A stretch of 64,000 nt of DNA from assembly GCA_964403585.1 (NCBI GenBank), contig CAYOFQ010000001.1:1152826-1216825 (forward strand), read 5' to 3'. Below the pieces are notes generated by a model, which had not been told where the DNA came from, ran no database searches, and saw only the letters and a list, made by a program, of their open reading frames with translations. Below, piece after piece: positions 55,042 through 64,000 of this stretch. Origin of the DNA: an uncultured Gammaproteobacteria bacterium. Lineage in GTDB: Bacteria > Patescibacteriota > Microgenomatia > JALYQM01. A program made the position numbers and the translations under genes. The number at the start of each line of letters is the position of its first letter. Position 1 is the stretch's first letter.

Positions 55042-57696
55042 TTAAAACTCATCGGACCACTGTGGATCAACCGGATCGGCTAATTCAATATCCTTGCTAC
55101 CGGTCTGTGTCGGAGCAACCACATACTTAATTCCATCTTCTTTACCGGGACCACAGGAAGTTGTAGTAAGACCTGGGGTAAAGTGAGGCAATAAACACAT
55201 TTTATAGCCTGGAGGATCGTACATTTTCTTATCCGGATAGTATTTTGTATACGCTTCAATGATTGAGAAGGATACTAATCCTTCAGGAGTAATATTGATT
55301 CCCTGGAAACCTCCCCAGCCGTATCCACCATCCTGAGCACGGGAAACTTTACCGGATAACGGAAGCCCCTGTTCCCACCGGCCGTTACTACCGTTCTTAT
55401 ATGCATACTGCATTTGAATAAAACCGCTGTAATTTAAGAATCTATAAACGATAACTGTCGTGTCACCAATCCGGGCAATCGCACTATTCGAGGATTCCGC
55501 AAAACGTCGACTTCCTAAGTCATATTGCAACATATCCTTGGCGTCTTGACCGGGTGCATATTTAAGCAATCCCCGCTCATAGTCAATCGATCGACGCACC
55601 GCAAATTCAGGTTTAGTAAATACATTCCCATTTGTCACATAAGTTGTATGGATAACCCCTACCTGCCCGTTTAAAGTATTTCGACCCACCGGAGTAACTG
55701 CCGCTGCAATATCGGCAAAACATGAGTTAAATGAACCGGATGGCGTACCACTCAAGGCGCAACGTGCCTGAACCGTAAATGGACGCGAATCATAACCGCC
55801 GGTCTTAAGATTCATGCCATCGGCATTAAGCGGCACCGGCCGTGACGGAACTATATTGGTAAGCCCGGTGTCTCCAAAGTAGAACTTCGAATAATACAGG
55901 TTCCCGCCGCCTTCGTCAGCACCAAGCACATGAATTCCATCCAGTTCATCGATAGCAAAAGCTCCGTTAAATGGAAACTGCACAGGCAATTTCTCTTTGG
56001 GCGTCCAGCTTTTACCACCATCATAACTAATAGTATAGGTATACTTTTGAGCACCGCTACCACCCAGTGGATAGAAAACAATAACTGAACCTTTAGAATT
56101 TACAAAGGTATACAAAGCGAAGTGTTCATATCCGATATCTCCATATCCGGGAACTGGAGCAAACGGGCTCAAAAAGTCTGGCTCATCAGAAATCGAGACA
56201 TACAGCTGTTTACCCGCAATTGTAGCAACCGAATAGCGTTGCCCTTTTACCTGTTGGTGGAGCGCCGGAACTTCTTGCGGATCATCCAAACGGCTTCCGT
56301 CCCGTAACGGCCTGGCACCAAGCGGTTTTCCATCAACAAAAACAGTACCCTTTAATCGCCCCTGCTCACCTCTGAGATAGGCTCGATGAACCCCAGATTG
56401 AGTTACTCCATATCCAGTTGGTAAAAGCTCAGCATTAGCAAAACGATAGTCATTGGAAATTTCGACATCGGCGCCAAGCTCACTGACGAAATCCATTTCA
56501 AAAGGACCATGTCTGTTAACACCCGAAACATCTCCACCAATATCGAATGCCGCAGGAAGTCCCTCCGGACTACCGTCAATCCGGGTCTTCTTCTGAGAAT
56601 CCAACCATTTGCGATCCTGACCTGAATAGAGTCCCAACTTATCGTACAGTGCCGGCTTATAATACTGCTCAATGGCATCCTGATCAAAAGGAAGTTCATT
56701 CGTTTTATTATCAAACGTACCTGCAGATAAGTACGGTTTGGTTGAGAAACTCACCGGAGCGACACCCGGACCTGCCGGTGTTCCCGGCTCACTGTCTGTG
56801 GAAGTTGGATCCTGGAAAATAATATCCGGAGTGTCTCCCAATGCACAAACGTTACTTTCAAGTGGAGGATACTGTATCGGCTGAGCCGGAGCACCACCAT
56901 TTGCAGTAGGCTCGGCACACAAGATATCGGCAATGAAGTTCTTATCTTTTGGTGTTCTAAACACGCAGATACCGTCTGCACCGTCCGGTGGATTTGGATA
57001 CGTGCTCAGATCCGTTACCTGGCAGTCAACATCTGGTAAGTTATATTTATCGGCGCAGAAATTAGGTGTAGCGGTATTACAATACCAGGGGCCGGTATGA
57101 ATGATCGGCGGAATAGCCCGGGCAATCTGTCGGATAGTTTGAACATACGGTACGTTAATTTCCTGTGAATCGGTAATACCTTGAAACGGTGTGTCAACAC
57201 CGTTACAGCTCAAATCCCATCGCCACGCTCCGGCGCTTTCTACCGGGGTATACGTACAATCCTGTCGGGAAATAGTCCCGTTGGTCTCAAAAGTCAGTTT
57301 ACCTTTGGAGATAGTCTTAGTATCAATACATTTGGTTTTCCAGCGATCCTCACCATATTTGGCAATTGCGGCAGTCTCATCGACAGTGACAAACGGAGTG
57401 AGCAAATTATAATAATTCCAGAATATTTGGGAATAGTTATAAGACTTGAGATTAGCATCAAAACCGTACGATACACCTTGTCCTGGATTAAAACTCATCC
57501 CTCCGCCTTCTGACAAGTCGTCATAATTCGGATTCTTAACTTTGCCGTTAGTTATGGCTCCACCCCACACTGCCGGCTGCCAATAACACTCTACTGCCTC
57601 GACAGGTTGCACAAAAACACTCGACGCGAGAATCGAGTAAAACACTATACCGAGAGACAAAAACGAGCTTAAATACTTAGGCAATCGATATTTCAT
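55042..57696 (-). CDS. large (884-aa) secreted Cys-rich protein with BNR/Asp-box motif
   Basis: Signal-anchor; one clear Asp-box SYDGGKSW; many Cys; first gene of a BNR-GT2-MFS unit. Confidence 0.55.
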   Translation of the reverse strand: MKYRLPKYLSSFLSLGIVFYSILASSVFVQPVEAVECYWQPAVWGGAITNGKVKNPNYDDLSEGGGMSFNPGQGVSYGFDANLKSYNYSQIFWNYYNLLTPFVTVDETAAIAKYGEDRWKTKCIDTKTISKGKLTFETNGTISRQDCTYTPVESAGAWRWDLSCNGVDTPFQGITDSQEINVPYVQTIRQIARAIPPIIHTGPWYCNTATPNFCADKYNLPDVDCQVTDLSTYPNPPDGADGICVFRTPKDKNFIADILCAEPTANGGAPAQPIQYPPLESNVCALGDTPDIIFQDPTSTDSEPGTPAGPGVAPVSFSTKPYLSAGTFDNKTNELPFDQDAIEQYYKPALYDKLGLYSGQDRKWLDSQKKTRIDGSPEGLPAAFDIGGDVSGVNRHGPFEMDFVSELGADVEISNDYRFANAELLPTGYGVTQSGVHRAYLRGEQGRLKGTVFVDGKPLGARPLRDGSRLDDPQEVPALHQQVKGQRYSVATIAGKQLYVSISDEPDFLSPFAPVPGYGDIGYEHFALYTFVNSKGSVIVFYPLGGSGAQKYTYTISYDGGKSWTPKEKLPVQFPFNGAFAIDELDGIHVLGADEGGGNLYYSKFYFGDTGLTNIVPSRPVPLNADGMNLKTGGYDSRPFTVQARCALSGTPSGSFNSCFADIAAAVTPVGRNTLNGQVGVIHTTYVTNGNVFTKPEFAVRRSIDYERGLLKYAPGQDAKDMLQYDLGSRRFAESSNSAIARIGDTTVIVYRFLNYSGFIQMQYAYKNGSNGRWEQGLPLSGKVSRAQDGGYGWGGFQGINITPEGLVSFSIIEAYTKYYPDKKMYDPPGYKMCLLPHFTPGLTTTSCGPGKEDGIKYVVAPTQTGSKDIELADPVDPQWSDEF

Positions 57697-57739
57697 ATAA
57701 CTTATTGTACACTATCTATGCAATTGTTAATATGAGTAT

Positions 57740-58435
57740 ATGCAAAATAAAAACAAGTTACAAATAGCAAAAAACAATCTGACTTTTGCCGTTTTATTAG
57801 CCTTTATCGGTATTTCTATTGTAGTAATTGTGGCTATTTTTGCACTTCGTCCGCAGGAAATTGCTGAGATTAACGATAATCCGGTTCCTACGCCGGTAGC
57901 CACCTCCACTCCAACGCCTATTCCTGTTAATAACTCCGGCCCGATCCGGGCCAACAATGGTCCAAGCGAAATAATCCCCTACGATCACGGCTATCTGTCA
58001 ATTGATAGCAGCTATACAATCGACATGGACAATGAAAATCGTACGGCAAAATATACTAAATCCATGGGGCCGGATAATACCGAGGAATTATTCCTGACAT
58101 TTGATAAAAACCCTGCCGGCGAAGGCCTGCAGCGTTTTGCCCAACACTATTTTAGGCCGCGAGCCGACAATGCCTTCAATACATATCAGAGAAAATACCT
58201 CTTATTTAATGCCATCACCGGAACCCTGGTATATGAAGAAATAAATCAGGTGGTGACCCTCACAATTATCGAATACGGAAGAAACTTTTACATACTTTCA
58301 GTTCGGAATAACCTCCTCGACCGGACCATAGAACAGGCTCAAAAGGAAAACGAGTCGCGCATGGAAGAAGTTTTAGATAGACTCCGCCTGCCTGAAGGAG
58401 ATCCTAATCTCAGATCAGATTTTGCAGTCCAGTAG
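57740..58435 (+). CDS. membrane-anchored hypothetical protein with T/P linker
   Basis: TM helix, VPTPVATSTPTPIPV, no known motif. Confidence 0.4.
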   Translation: MQNKNKLQIAKNNLTFAVLLAFIGISIVVIVAIFALRPQEIAEINDNPVPTPVATSTPTPIPVNNSGPIRANNGPSEIIPYDHGYLSIDSSYTIDMDNENRTAKYTKSMGPDNTEELFLTFDKNPAGEGLQRFAQHYFRPRADNAFNTYQRKYLLFNAITGTLVYEEINQVVTLTIIEYGRNFYILSVRNNLLDRTIEQAQKENESRMEEVLDRLRLPEGDPNLRSDFAVQ

Positions 58436-59257
58436 CTAACGCTGGCAATTGTGACAATAATGGGTTCCTCTCCCTGCAAACTTAGTCTTTTGAATTGGGA
58501 AACCACAAACCCGGCACGACAGTCCTTCCCGCATATACACATTTGCTTCATTTAAAAAGTCACCCTTAGAACCGTCTACCGTAATATAATTTGTCCGCGA
58601 AGAACCTCCCAGCCGAACCCCCTGGTGTAATACTGAAATAATTCCGGCATACAATAAAGAAAGTTCAGATTTGGTTAATGAACCCACTTTTCGCGTTGGC
58701 AAAATGCCGGCACGGAACAAAGATTCATCAACATAAATGTTACCCAAACCGGCAATTTTGGTCTGGTCCAACAGGAATAGCTTACAATTCATTCGCGGGA
58801 ATCGTTTCGCCAACCCTTCAAGATACGGCAAAGTAAAGCGGGCATCAAACGGCTCAACTCCTAGTTTCCTCAAAAATGGATACTGTTCCAGGTCCACTGT
58901 TTTAAGAACCAGTACGTATCCAAATGTACGGGTATCATTAAAAAATAAACGTTCTCCCGACATAAATTCGAATATGACATGCGTACTCTTGTTAGGATAT
59001 ACTTTATCGGATAGCAATGATTCAAGAACAAGTTGACCGGTCATTTTCAGATGGATTAAAATGGAATATTCACCGTTCGTTCGAAGCACAAGTAGCTTTC
59101 CCCTGCGACCGATAGCAGTAATAGTTGAGCCGATTACAGCCGCTATCGCCCCTCTAACCATCTTTGGGAGAGACACCTGGACAGCACGTATTTCCTGACT
59201 GATAATGACTCTCTCAAGACCAAGGCGAATTGTTTCAACTTCCGGAAGTTCAGGCAT
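58436..59257 (-). CDS. mutM: formamidopyrimidine-DNA glycosylase
   Basis: N-terminal MPELPEVE; H2TH; C-terminal zinc finger CRVCG...CHNC. Confidence 0.9.
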   Translation of the reverse strand: MPELPEVETIRLGLERVIISQEIRAVQVSLPKMVRGAIAAVIGSTITAIGRRGKLLVLRTNGEYSILIHLKMTGQLVLESLLSDKVYPNKSTHVIFEFMSGERLFFNDTRTFGYVLVLKTVDLEQYPFLRKLGVEPFDARFTLPYLEGLAKRFPRMNCKLFLLDQTKIAGLGNIYVDESLFRAGILPTRKVGSLTKSELSLLYAGIISVLHQGVRLGGSSRTNYITVDGSKGDFLNEANVYMREGLSCRVCGFPIQKTKFAGRGTHYCHNCQR

Positions 59258-59274
59258 ACTGAGTAGTTATAACA

Positions 59275-59304
59275 TAAAAGAAAACCCATACCAAATTGGT
59301 ATGG
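59275..59304 (-). terminator. rho-independent terminator after rpsI (CCCATACCAA-A-TTGGTATGGG + U-run on minus)
   Basis: Perfect 10-bp stem; plus-strand AAAAGAAAA precedes it. Confidence 0.6.
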
Positions 59305-59335
59305 GTAACCTAAAATCGATATAAGAATAGTATCT

Positions 59336-59740
59336 TTAACGCTTCGGAGAACTCTTCTTCGCACGGGCGGCATGTGCCATACCATATTTCAAGCTTTCCT
59401 TCATACGCGGATCTCGGGTAAGAAGTTTATGCTTTCGAAGTTGAACTTTAAGTGTAGGATCAAACTTAAGTAAAGCCCGGGATAACGCATGAGCAACAGC
59501 TTCAAGCTGTGATTCGACTCCACCACCATTTACTCTTATAGAACCGGTAAATCGACTTAAGGTGTTAGTCACTTTAAATGGCCGAGTGTAAACAGTTGCA
59601 CGAACTTGACCGGCAAAATATTCTTCAATCGGGCGATCATTTACAGTCATGCCGTCTTTACCTAATTTAATATGAGCACGTGCAGTAGAAGTTTTTCTGC
59701 GTCCGGTACCTTTATAGATTGCTTCAGTATTCTCTGCCAT
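59336..59740 (-). CDS. rpsI: 30S ribosomal protein S9
   Basis: GTGRRKTSTARAHIK... C-terminal KR. Confidence 0.9.
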   Translation of the reverse strand: MAENTEAIYKGTGRRKTSTARAHIKLGKDGMTVNDRPIEEYFAGQVRATVYTRPFKVTNTLSRFTGSIRVNGGGVESQLEAVAHALSRALLKFDPTLKVQLRKHKLLTRDPRMKESLKYGMAHAARAKKSSPKR

Positions 59741-60168
59741 TATTTATCTCCTTTTACAATTTTTTCCTCATAAGGATGTTTATCATCTGAATAAACAAAC
59801 AGCTTGGCAAACATCTTTTCACCTAACTTAGTTTTAGGCAACATCCCCCGAACAGCTTTTTCAACAACAATGCGCGGATCTTTGATCATCTGCTCGCCAA
59901 GTGAACGGGTCTTCATACCACCCGGGTAACCACTGTGACGATAATACGTCTTTGTCTCAAGTTTATTGCCGGTTGTTTTAACCTTTGCGGCGTTAATAAC
60001 AACTACATAATCACCGGTATCCTGATGATTAACAAAATAAGGCTTGTGCTTACCAATCAATAACTTAGCAATCTGAGTGGAAACTCGGCCGAGTGTTTGA
60101 TCAGCAACATCAATGACGTGCCACTTTCGCTGTACCTGTGATGGTCTGATTCCTGTTGAACTTTTCAT
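59740..60168 (-). CDS. rplM: 50S ribosomal protein L13
   Basis: KWHVIDVADQTLGRVSTQIAKLLIGKHKP. Confidence 0.9.
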   Translation of the reverse strand: MKSSTGIRPSQVQRKWHVIDVADQTLGRVSTQIAKLLIGKHKPYFVNHQDTGDYVVVINAAKVKTTGNKLETKTYYRHSGYPGGMKTRSLGEQMIKDPRIVVEKAVRGMLPKTKLGEKMFAKLFVYSDDKHPYEEKIVKGDK

Positions 60169-60173
60169 ATACC

Positions 60174-60611
60174 TTATTTCTCCTCCACTTTGGTTTTCTT
60201 AGCTCTTTTTGCAGTTGTCTTAGCAGCTTTTTTCTCTTCTTTAACTGGAGCTTCCTCAACCAGCATTTTGATTTTCATCATTTTCGAACTGTCACCTGCA
60301 CGTTCTCCAACAAGTTTTTCAGTTGTTGAATAACCGCTTAAGCGATTCTGCATTTTTGGCAACAACACATCAAACAGCTTAACAGCTGCTTCTGACTGAG
60401 TTACATAGGAATTAACAATGCGTCGAGCCTGTAAATCGTTCTTCTTAGCGCGAGTAACAACTTTATCAAAGAAAGTCTTTAAAGCCTTAGCTTTGGCTTC
60501 GGTTGTAGTAATCTCTTCGTGCATAATGTACGAAGTTAAAAGATTTCGTAATAACGAATTACGATGATCCTTATCTACATTAAATTTTGTTCCAGATACT
60601 CTGTGGCGCAT
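60174..60611 (-). CDS. rplQ: 50S ribosomal protein L17 (Lys-rich C-terminal extension)
   Basis: MRHRVSGTKFN...HRNSLLRNL. Confidence 0.85.
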   Translation of the reverse strand: MRHRVSGTKFNVDKDHRNSLLRNLLTSYIMHEEITTTEAKAKALKTFFDKVVTRAKKNDLQARRIVNSYVTQSEAAVKLFDVLLPKMQNRLSGYSTTEKLVGERAGDSSKMMKIKMLVEEAPVKEEKKAAKTTAKRAKKTKVEEK

Positions 60612-60657
60612 TATTTCTCCTTAGTGTTCTTAAGATTTCGAAAGAAAATTTCTCATC

Positions 60658-61599
60658 TTATTTACCAATCCCTGGGAGTCCTTTCTCTTTCAATTTTACT
60701 TCAACTTCTTTAAGTGATTTTTCACCGAAATTAGGCATCTTCAAAAGCTTATCGCGACCTGCATTTACAACATCATCAACTGTTTCATAACCATTTTCCT
60801 TCAAACGATTAGCGATCTTTGGAGGAAGATCAAGTTCATCAACAGTTAATTTCTCGGTATTATGAGCAACAACTTTGGGTTTTTCCTGAACAGTTTCGCT
60901 TACTGCATTAGCTTCCGCACCACTCAGGAAACTGAAATACTTAGTCAGAATTGTAGCTGACTGACGCATAGCATCCATAGGAGTTATGGTACCATCGGTG
61001 AAAATTTCCATGTTGAGCTTATCAAAGTTGGTGATTCGTCCAACACGTGTAGTTTCAATTGTGTAATTAACACGAGTAATTGGCGAATAGTGAGCATCAA
61101 GTAAAATTTCACCAAGTTTCTGTGCAGCCGAAGGATCATTCGAAACACGCTCATCAGCAGTTACGTATCCAACACCACGCTCGACAACTAATTCCATATC
61201 TAAAGCAGCTTTATCATCTGCCAAATGAGCCAAAACTAAACCCGGATTAACAATCTCTACGGACGGATTTTTCTCAATATCTCCTGCGGTAACAGCACCA
61301 CTACCTTTGGAATGCAGTTTCAAGGTTACTTCATCATCACCGTGAAGATTAATGCGGATTTTCTTTACATTAAGAAGAAGGTCAACAACATCTTCAGTCA
61401 TTCCTGACATAGTCATAAACTGATGAGGAGCACCCTTGATTCGTACTTTAGTGACAGCAGCACCAGGAAGGCTGGTCAAAAGTACACGTCGCAAACTATT
61501 ACCTAAAGTCTGACCATATCCGCGTTCTAAGGGTTCGATAGAGATAGTTGCAGAGTTTGTTCCTTCTGATACTAAAATAACTTTTGTTAGATCTAACAT
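60658..61599 (-). CDS. rpoA: DNA-directed RNA polymerase subunit alpha
   Basis: N-terminal domain IEPLERGYGQTLGNSLRRVLLTSLPG; C-terminal domain VDELDLPPKIANRLKENG. Confidence 0.9.
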   Translation of the reverse strand: MLDLTKVILVSEGTNSATISIEPLERGYGQTLGNSLRRVLLTSLPGAAVTKVRIKGAPHQFMTMSGMTEDVVDLLLNVKKIRINLHGDDEVTLKLHSKGSGAVTAGDIEKNPSVEIVNPGLVLAHLADDKAALDMELVVERGVGYVTADERVSNDPSAAQKLGEILLDAHYSPITRVNYTIETTRVGRITNFDKLNMEIFTDGTITPMDAMRQSATILTKYFSFLSGAEANAVSETVQEKPKVVAHNTEKLTVDELDLPPKIANRLKENGYETVDDVVNAGRDKLLKMPNFGEKSLKEVEVKLKEKGLPGIGK

Positions 61600-61632
61600 G
61601 CGTTTTGCGCCGAGCCTAAGGCGCCTCCTCCA

Positions 61633-62247
61633 TTATCTTGAATAATATTCAACAATCAAAGATTCATCAATTTCCGTTGGTGCATCTGACCGTGTCGGTA
61701 AACCTTTAATTTTTCCCACCATACCTTTTTTCTCTAACCAGACAGGAACTTCACTATCTTTAGTAACTTCTGCAGTGGCTTTGAGAGCCGGAATCTTTAA
61801 TCCTCTTTCATATAACGAAATAACCATACCGGGTTCTACTATAAATGATGGAATAGAAACCCGCTTCTCGTCAACTTTGACATGCCCATGGTTAACATAC
61901 TGACGGGCTGCTGCCCGAGTTGGAGCAAATCCGAGACGATACAAAACATTATCAAGTCGTCGCTCTAATAACTGCAGGAACATTTCACCGGTAGCACCAC
62001 GAGTCCTGGCAGCCAAGTTAAAGAACCGGACAAACTGTCGTTCCGGCAAACCATACATAACGCGAACCTTCTGTTTCTCACGCAATTGAACACCGTAAGA
62101 ACTGGTCTTACGCTTACCTTTCTGCCCATGCATACCTGGTGGAACAGTCAATCGCTTTCCAGCAGATGTTTTAACGTAGGATTTCAAACCAAGATCTGTA
62201 CCCTCACGTCGCATTAATCGTGTTTTAGGACCTGTATAACGTGCCAT
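61633..62247 (-). CDS. rpsD: 30S ribosomal protein S4
   Basis: MARYTGPKTRLMRREG; S4 domain. Confidence 0.9.
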   Translation of the reverse strand: MARYTGPKTRLMRREGTDLGLKSYVKTSAGKRLTVPPGMHGQKGKRKTSSYGVQLREKQKVRVMYGLPERQFVRFFNLAARTRGATGEMFLQLLERRLDNVLYRLGFAPTRAAARQYVNHGHVKVDEKRVSIPSFIVEPGMVISLYERGLKIPALKATAEVTKDSEVPVWLEKKGMVGKIKGLPTRSDAPTEIDESLIVEYYSR

Positions 62248-62250
62248 AGA

Positions 62251-62628
62251 TTAGACTCTCCTCTTTTTCTTTGGGCGACAACCATTATGGGCTAACGGTG
62301 TGACATCTGATATTGAACTAATACCCATTCCGGCAGCTTTCAAGGCGCGTATTGCACCGTCACGACCGGCTCCTGGACCTTTAATAAATACATCAACTTC
62401 GCGTAATCCCATATCCATCGCCTTACGAATGGTTTGATCAACTGCGGTTGTAGCCGCATATGGTGTTGATTTTCGGGCACCTTTAAAACCGGAAACTCCG
62501 GCTGAACCCCAAGCAACAGTATTACCGGTTGCATCTGTGATAGTCACTAAGGTGTTGTTAAAGGTCGCAGTGATATACACTCGGCCACTACTAATATTTT
62601 TTCGTGCTGTTTTAGCTGTTGTTGCCAT
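62251..62628 (-). CDS. rpsK: 30S ribosomal protein S11
   Basis: [15 protein letters not shown]...[12 protein letters not shown]. Confidence 0.9.
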   Translation of the reverse strand: MATTAKTARKNISSGRVYITATFNNTLVTITDATGNTVAWGSAGVSGFKGARKSTPYAATTAVDQTIRKAMDMGLREVDVFIKGPGAGRDGAIRALKAAGMGISSISDVTPLAHNGCRPKKKRRV

Positions 62629-62634
62629 AGGATG

Positions 62635-63027
62635 TTACTTTGCCCCCATCTTTGCTACTACTTCTTTACGTACAGTACCAACAGTCTTTCTCTTACCGCG
62701 GCGGGTACGAGCATTGTGGCGGGTTCGCTGTCCGCGAACAGGAAGCCCTGCCTTATGACGTGATCCTTGATAAGTACCAATTGACTGTTTATGACGAATA
62801 TTCTGAATTATTTCACGATGAAGGTCACCTTCGACACGATAGGTATCTACCATTCTCTGAATTCTGAGAATCTCTTCTTCAGATAAGTCTTTGATGCGCG
62901 TTGCATAATCTACACGGGCCGCATCTAAAATTTTCTTTGCGTTGGTTGGTCCAACACCAAAAAGATATCGTAAACCGATATCAACTCTCTTGTTACTAGG
63001 TAGATCAACACCTGAAATACGTGCCAT
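62635..63027 (-). CDS. rpsM: 30S ribosomal protein S13
   Basis: [10 protein letters not shown]... Confidence 0.9.
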   Translation of the reverse strand: MARISGVDLPSNKRVDIGLRYLFGVGPTNAKKILDAARVDYATRIKDLSEEEILRIQRMVDTYRVEGDLHREIIQNIRHKQSIGTYQGSRHKAGLPVRGQRTRHNARTRRGKRKTVGTVRKEVVAKMGAK

Positions 63028-63102
63028 GGTTTATCCTTAGTGTACTATAAATCCTAAACCATCCCGCGCATACATTGCGTGGGATGCAAACTCCAATAAT
63101 TT

Positions 63103-63216
63103 TTATCCCTGACGCTGTTTATGTCGTGGGTTCTTACAAATAATACGTACAACACCCATACGTCGGATGATTTTACAATCTTTACATCGAACTTTTACTG
63201 ATGCTTTTACTTTCAT
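63103..63216 (-). CDS. rpmJ: 50S ribosomal protein L36 (37 aa; below the ORF-track cutoff)
   Basis: Reverse translation [37 protein letters not shown] with the C-x2-C...C-x4-H zinc ribbon. Confidence 0.8.
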   Translation of the reverse strand: MKVKASVKVRCKDCKIIRRMGVVRIICKNPRHKQRQG

Positions 63217-63274
63217 ATGAGTGTTCTCCAAAACATGTTTCCTAACTTTACCACAAATTCTTTAAAACTCAAGC

Positions 63275-63511
63275 CTATCTGTACCGGAAGGTAATTCTCC
63301 CGCGACCGGTATCATACGGGGTAACTTCAAGCTTTACCCGATCTCCAGGCAAAATCTTGATATAATTCATCCGCATTTTTCCGGAAATTGTACACAAGAC
63401 GAGGATCTTCTTGGACGGATCACCCGCATCAGTAACCTCTACCCTGAATAAGGTATTGGGCAAGGATTCGGTGACTACTCCTTCAAGTTCAATAACTCCG
63501 TCTTTTGTCAT
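63275..63511 (-). CDS. infA: translation initiation factor IF-1
   Basis: [16 protein letters not shown]...[29 protein letters not shown]. Confidence 0.9.
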   Translation of the reverse strand: MTKDGVIELEGVVTESLPNTLFRVEVTDAGDPSKKILVLCTISGKMRMNYIKILPGDRVKLEVTPYDTGRGRITFRYR

Positions 63512-63612
63512 GATTTAAACGTTAAAAAAATTGCCTGTTGTCTAAATAGGCAATTCTAAATCGTACTTCCCGTTTTTAAGCTCGACTCTAACCGCCTAAT
63601 TGTAACAAAACC

Positions 63613-64000
63613 CTACCACAGCGTCAATACCTCAGGACCATCAGTTTTTATAGCCACTGAAGCCTCATAAAGGCCTGACAAACTATAGTCGGCGGTTGCA
63701 ATACTCCATCCGTCATGGTCCTTATACGCAACTCCGGGCTTTCCTATGGTATAGATAGCCTCAATAGCTAAAACCATGCCTTCTTTGAGGATAATCCCTT
63801 CACCGGGCTTACCACGACCGGGAACTTGAGGAGGTTCGTGTAAGTCCTTACCAACTCCATGCCCGATTAGCTCTTTAACCACACCATAACCTGCTCCCTC
63901 CAAATACGTTTGGAGCACATGAGAAATATCGCCAATATGGTTCCCAACAGTAGCCTGTTTAATTGACTCTAAAAGAGCCAATTTACCCACTGCCAGAAAA
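63613..64000 (-). CDS. map: methionine aminopeptidase type I; C-terminal part, the 5' portion lies beyond the window edge
   Basis: GHGVGKDLHEPPQVP... and the metal-binding region; the ORF continues past position 64000. Confidence 0.8.
   Translation of the reverse strand, partial: FLAVGKLALLESIKQATVGNHIGDISHVLQTYLEGAGYGVVKELIGHGVGKDLHEPPQVPGRGKPGEGIILKEGMVLAIEAIYTIGKPGVAYKDHDGWSIATADYSLSGLYEASVAIKTDGPEVLTLW

Noticed and set aside
63028-63102. Stem-loop CATCCCGCGCATACATTGCGTGGGATG between rpsM and rpmJ as a novel element
   Set aside because: Imperfect hairpin in a position where alpha-operon leaders and processing sites are usual; ordinary.
1-64000. Mobile elements, prophage or integrons
   Set aside because: No transposase, integrase, recombinase, phage structural or toxin-antitoxin pair was recognisable; the candidate islets lack mobility genes.

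Overview
This is a dense, low-GC (roughly 40-45% by eye) bacterial chromosomal segment, coding on both strands. I saw no transposase or integrase and no CRISPR array. The content is mostly housekeeping plus cell-envelope genes. From the left: two KGG-type stress proteins, an orphan response regulator operon, an ABC-2 exporter and an LmbE/PIG-L deacetylase. Then gltX, a PBP5-type D-Ala-D-Ala carboxypeptidase, and a class IIb Asp/Asn-tRNA synthetase preceded by a recognisable T-box leader. Next come the CCA-adding enzyme, recJ, a full-length Rel/SpoT, two tandem GlgA-like glycogen synthases, ftsH, ruvX, a GT4/PAP2/PIG-V-like glycosyltransferase set and a DnaQ-Cho (GIY-YIG) fusion. These are followed by polA, a gmk-like kinase, an ABC-F ATPase, a TagA(GT26)/GT4/mreB wall cluster, a sortase, recF, an MFS/GT2/BNR-protein operon and mutM. 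The window ends with the 3' end of the ribosomal cluster (map, infA, rpmJ, rpsM, rpsK, rpsD, rpoA, rplQ; then rplM-rpsI). There are three tRNAs (Gln-CUG, Cys-GCA, Val-CAC), none with an encoded CCA. The most interesting items: (1) a 574-aa orphan protein (17619..19343) whose central region matches, motif for motif, the (p)ppGpp-synthetase core of the genuine Rel in this same window; it sits behind a terminator/antiterminator leader containing a small leader ORF and converges on the CCA/HD enzyme gene. (2) A type-IV-pilin/GspG-like domain fused behind a polytopic membrane domain. (3) A roughly 155-aa uncharacterised domain shared by two secreted proteins 26 kb apart. (4) A family of GC-rich intergenic repeat motifs, inverted-repeat elements and a high-GC islet. 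All protein-family calls come from motifs read by eye; no database search was run.
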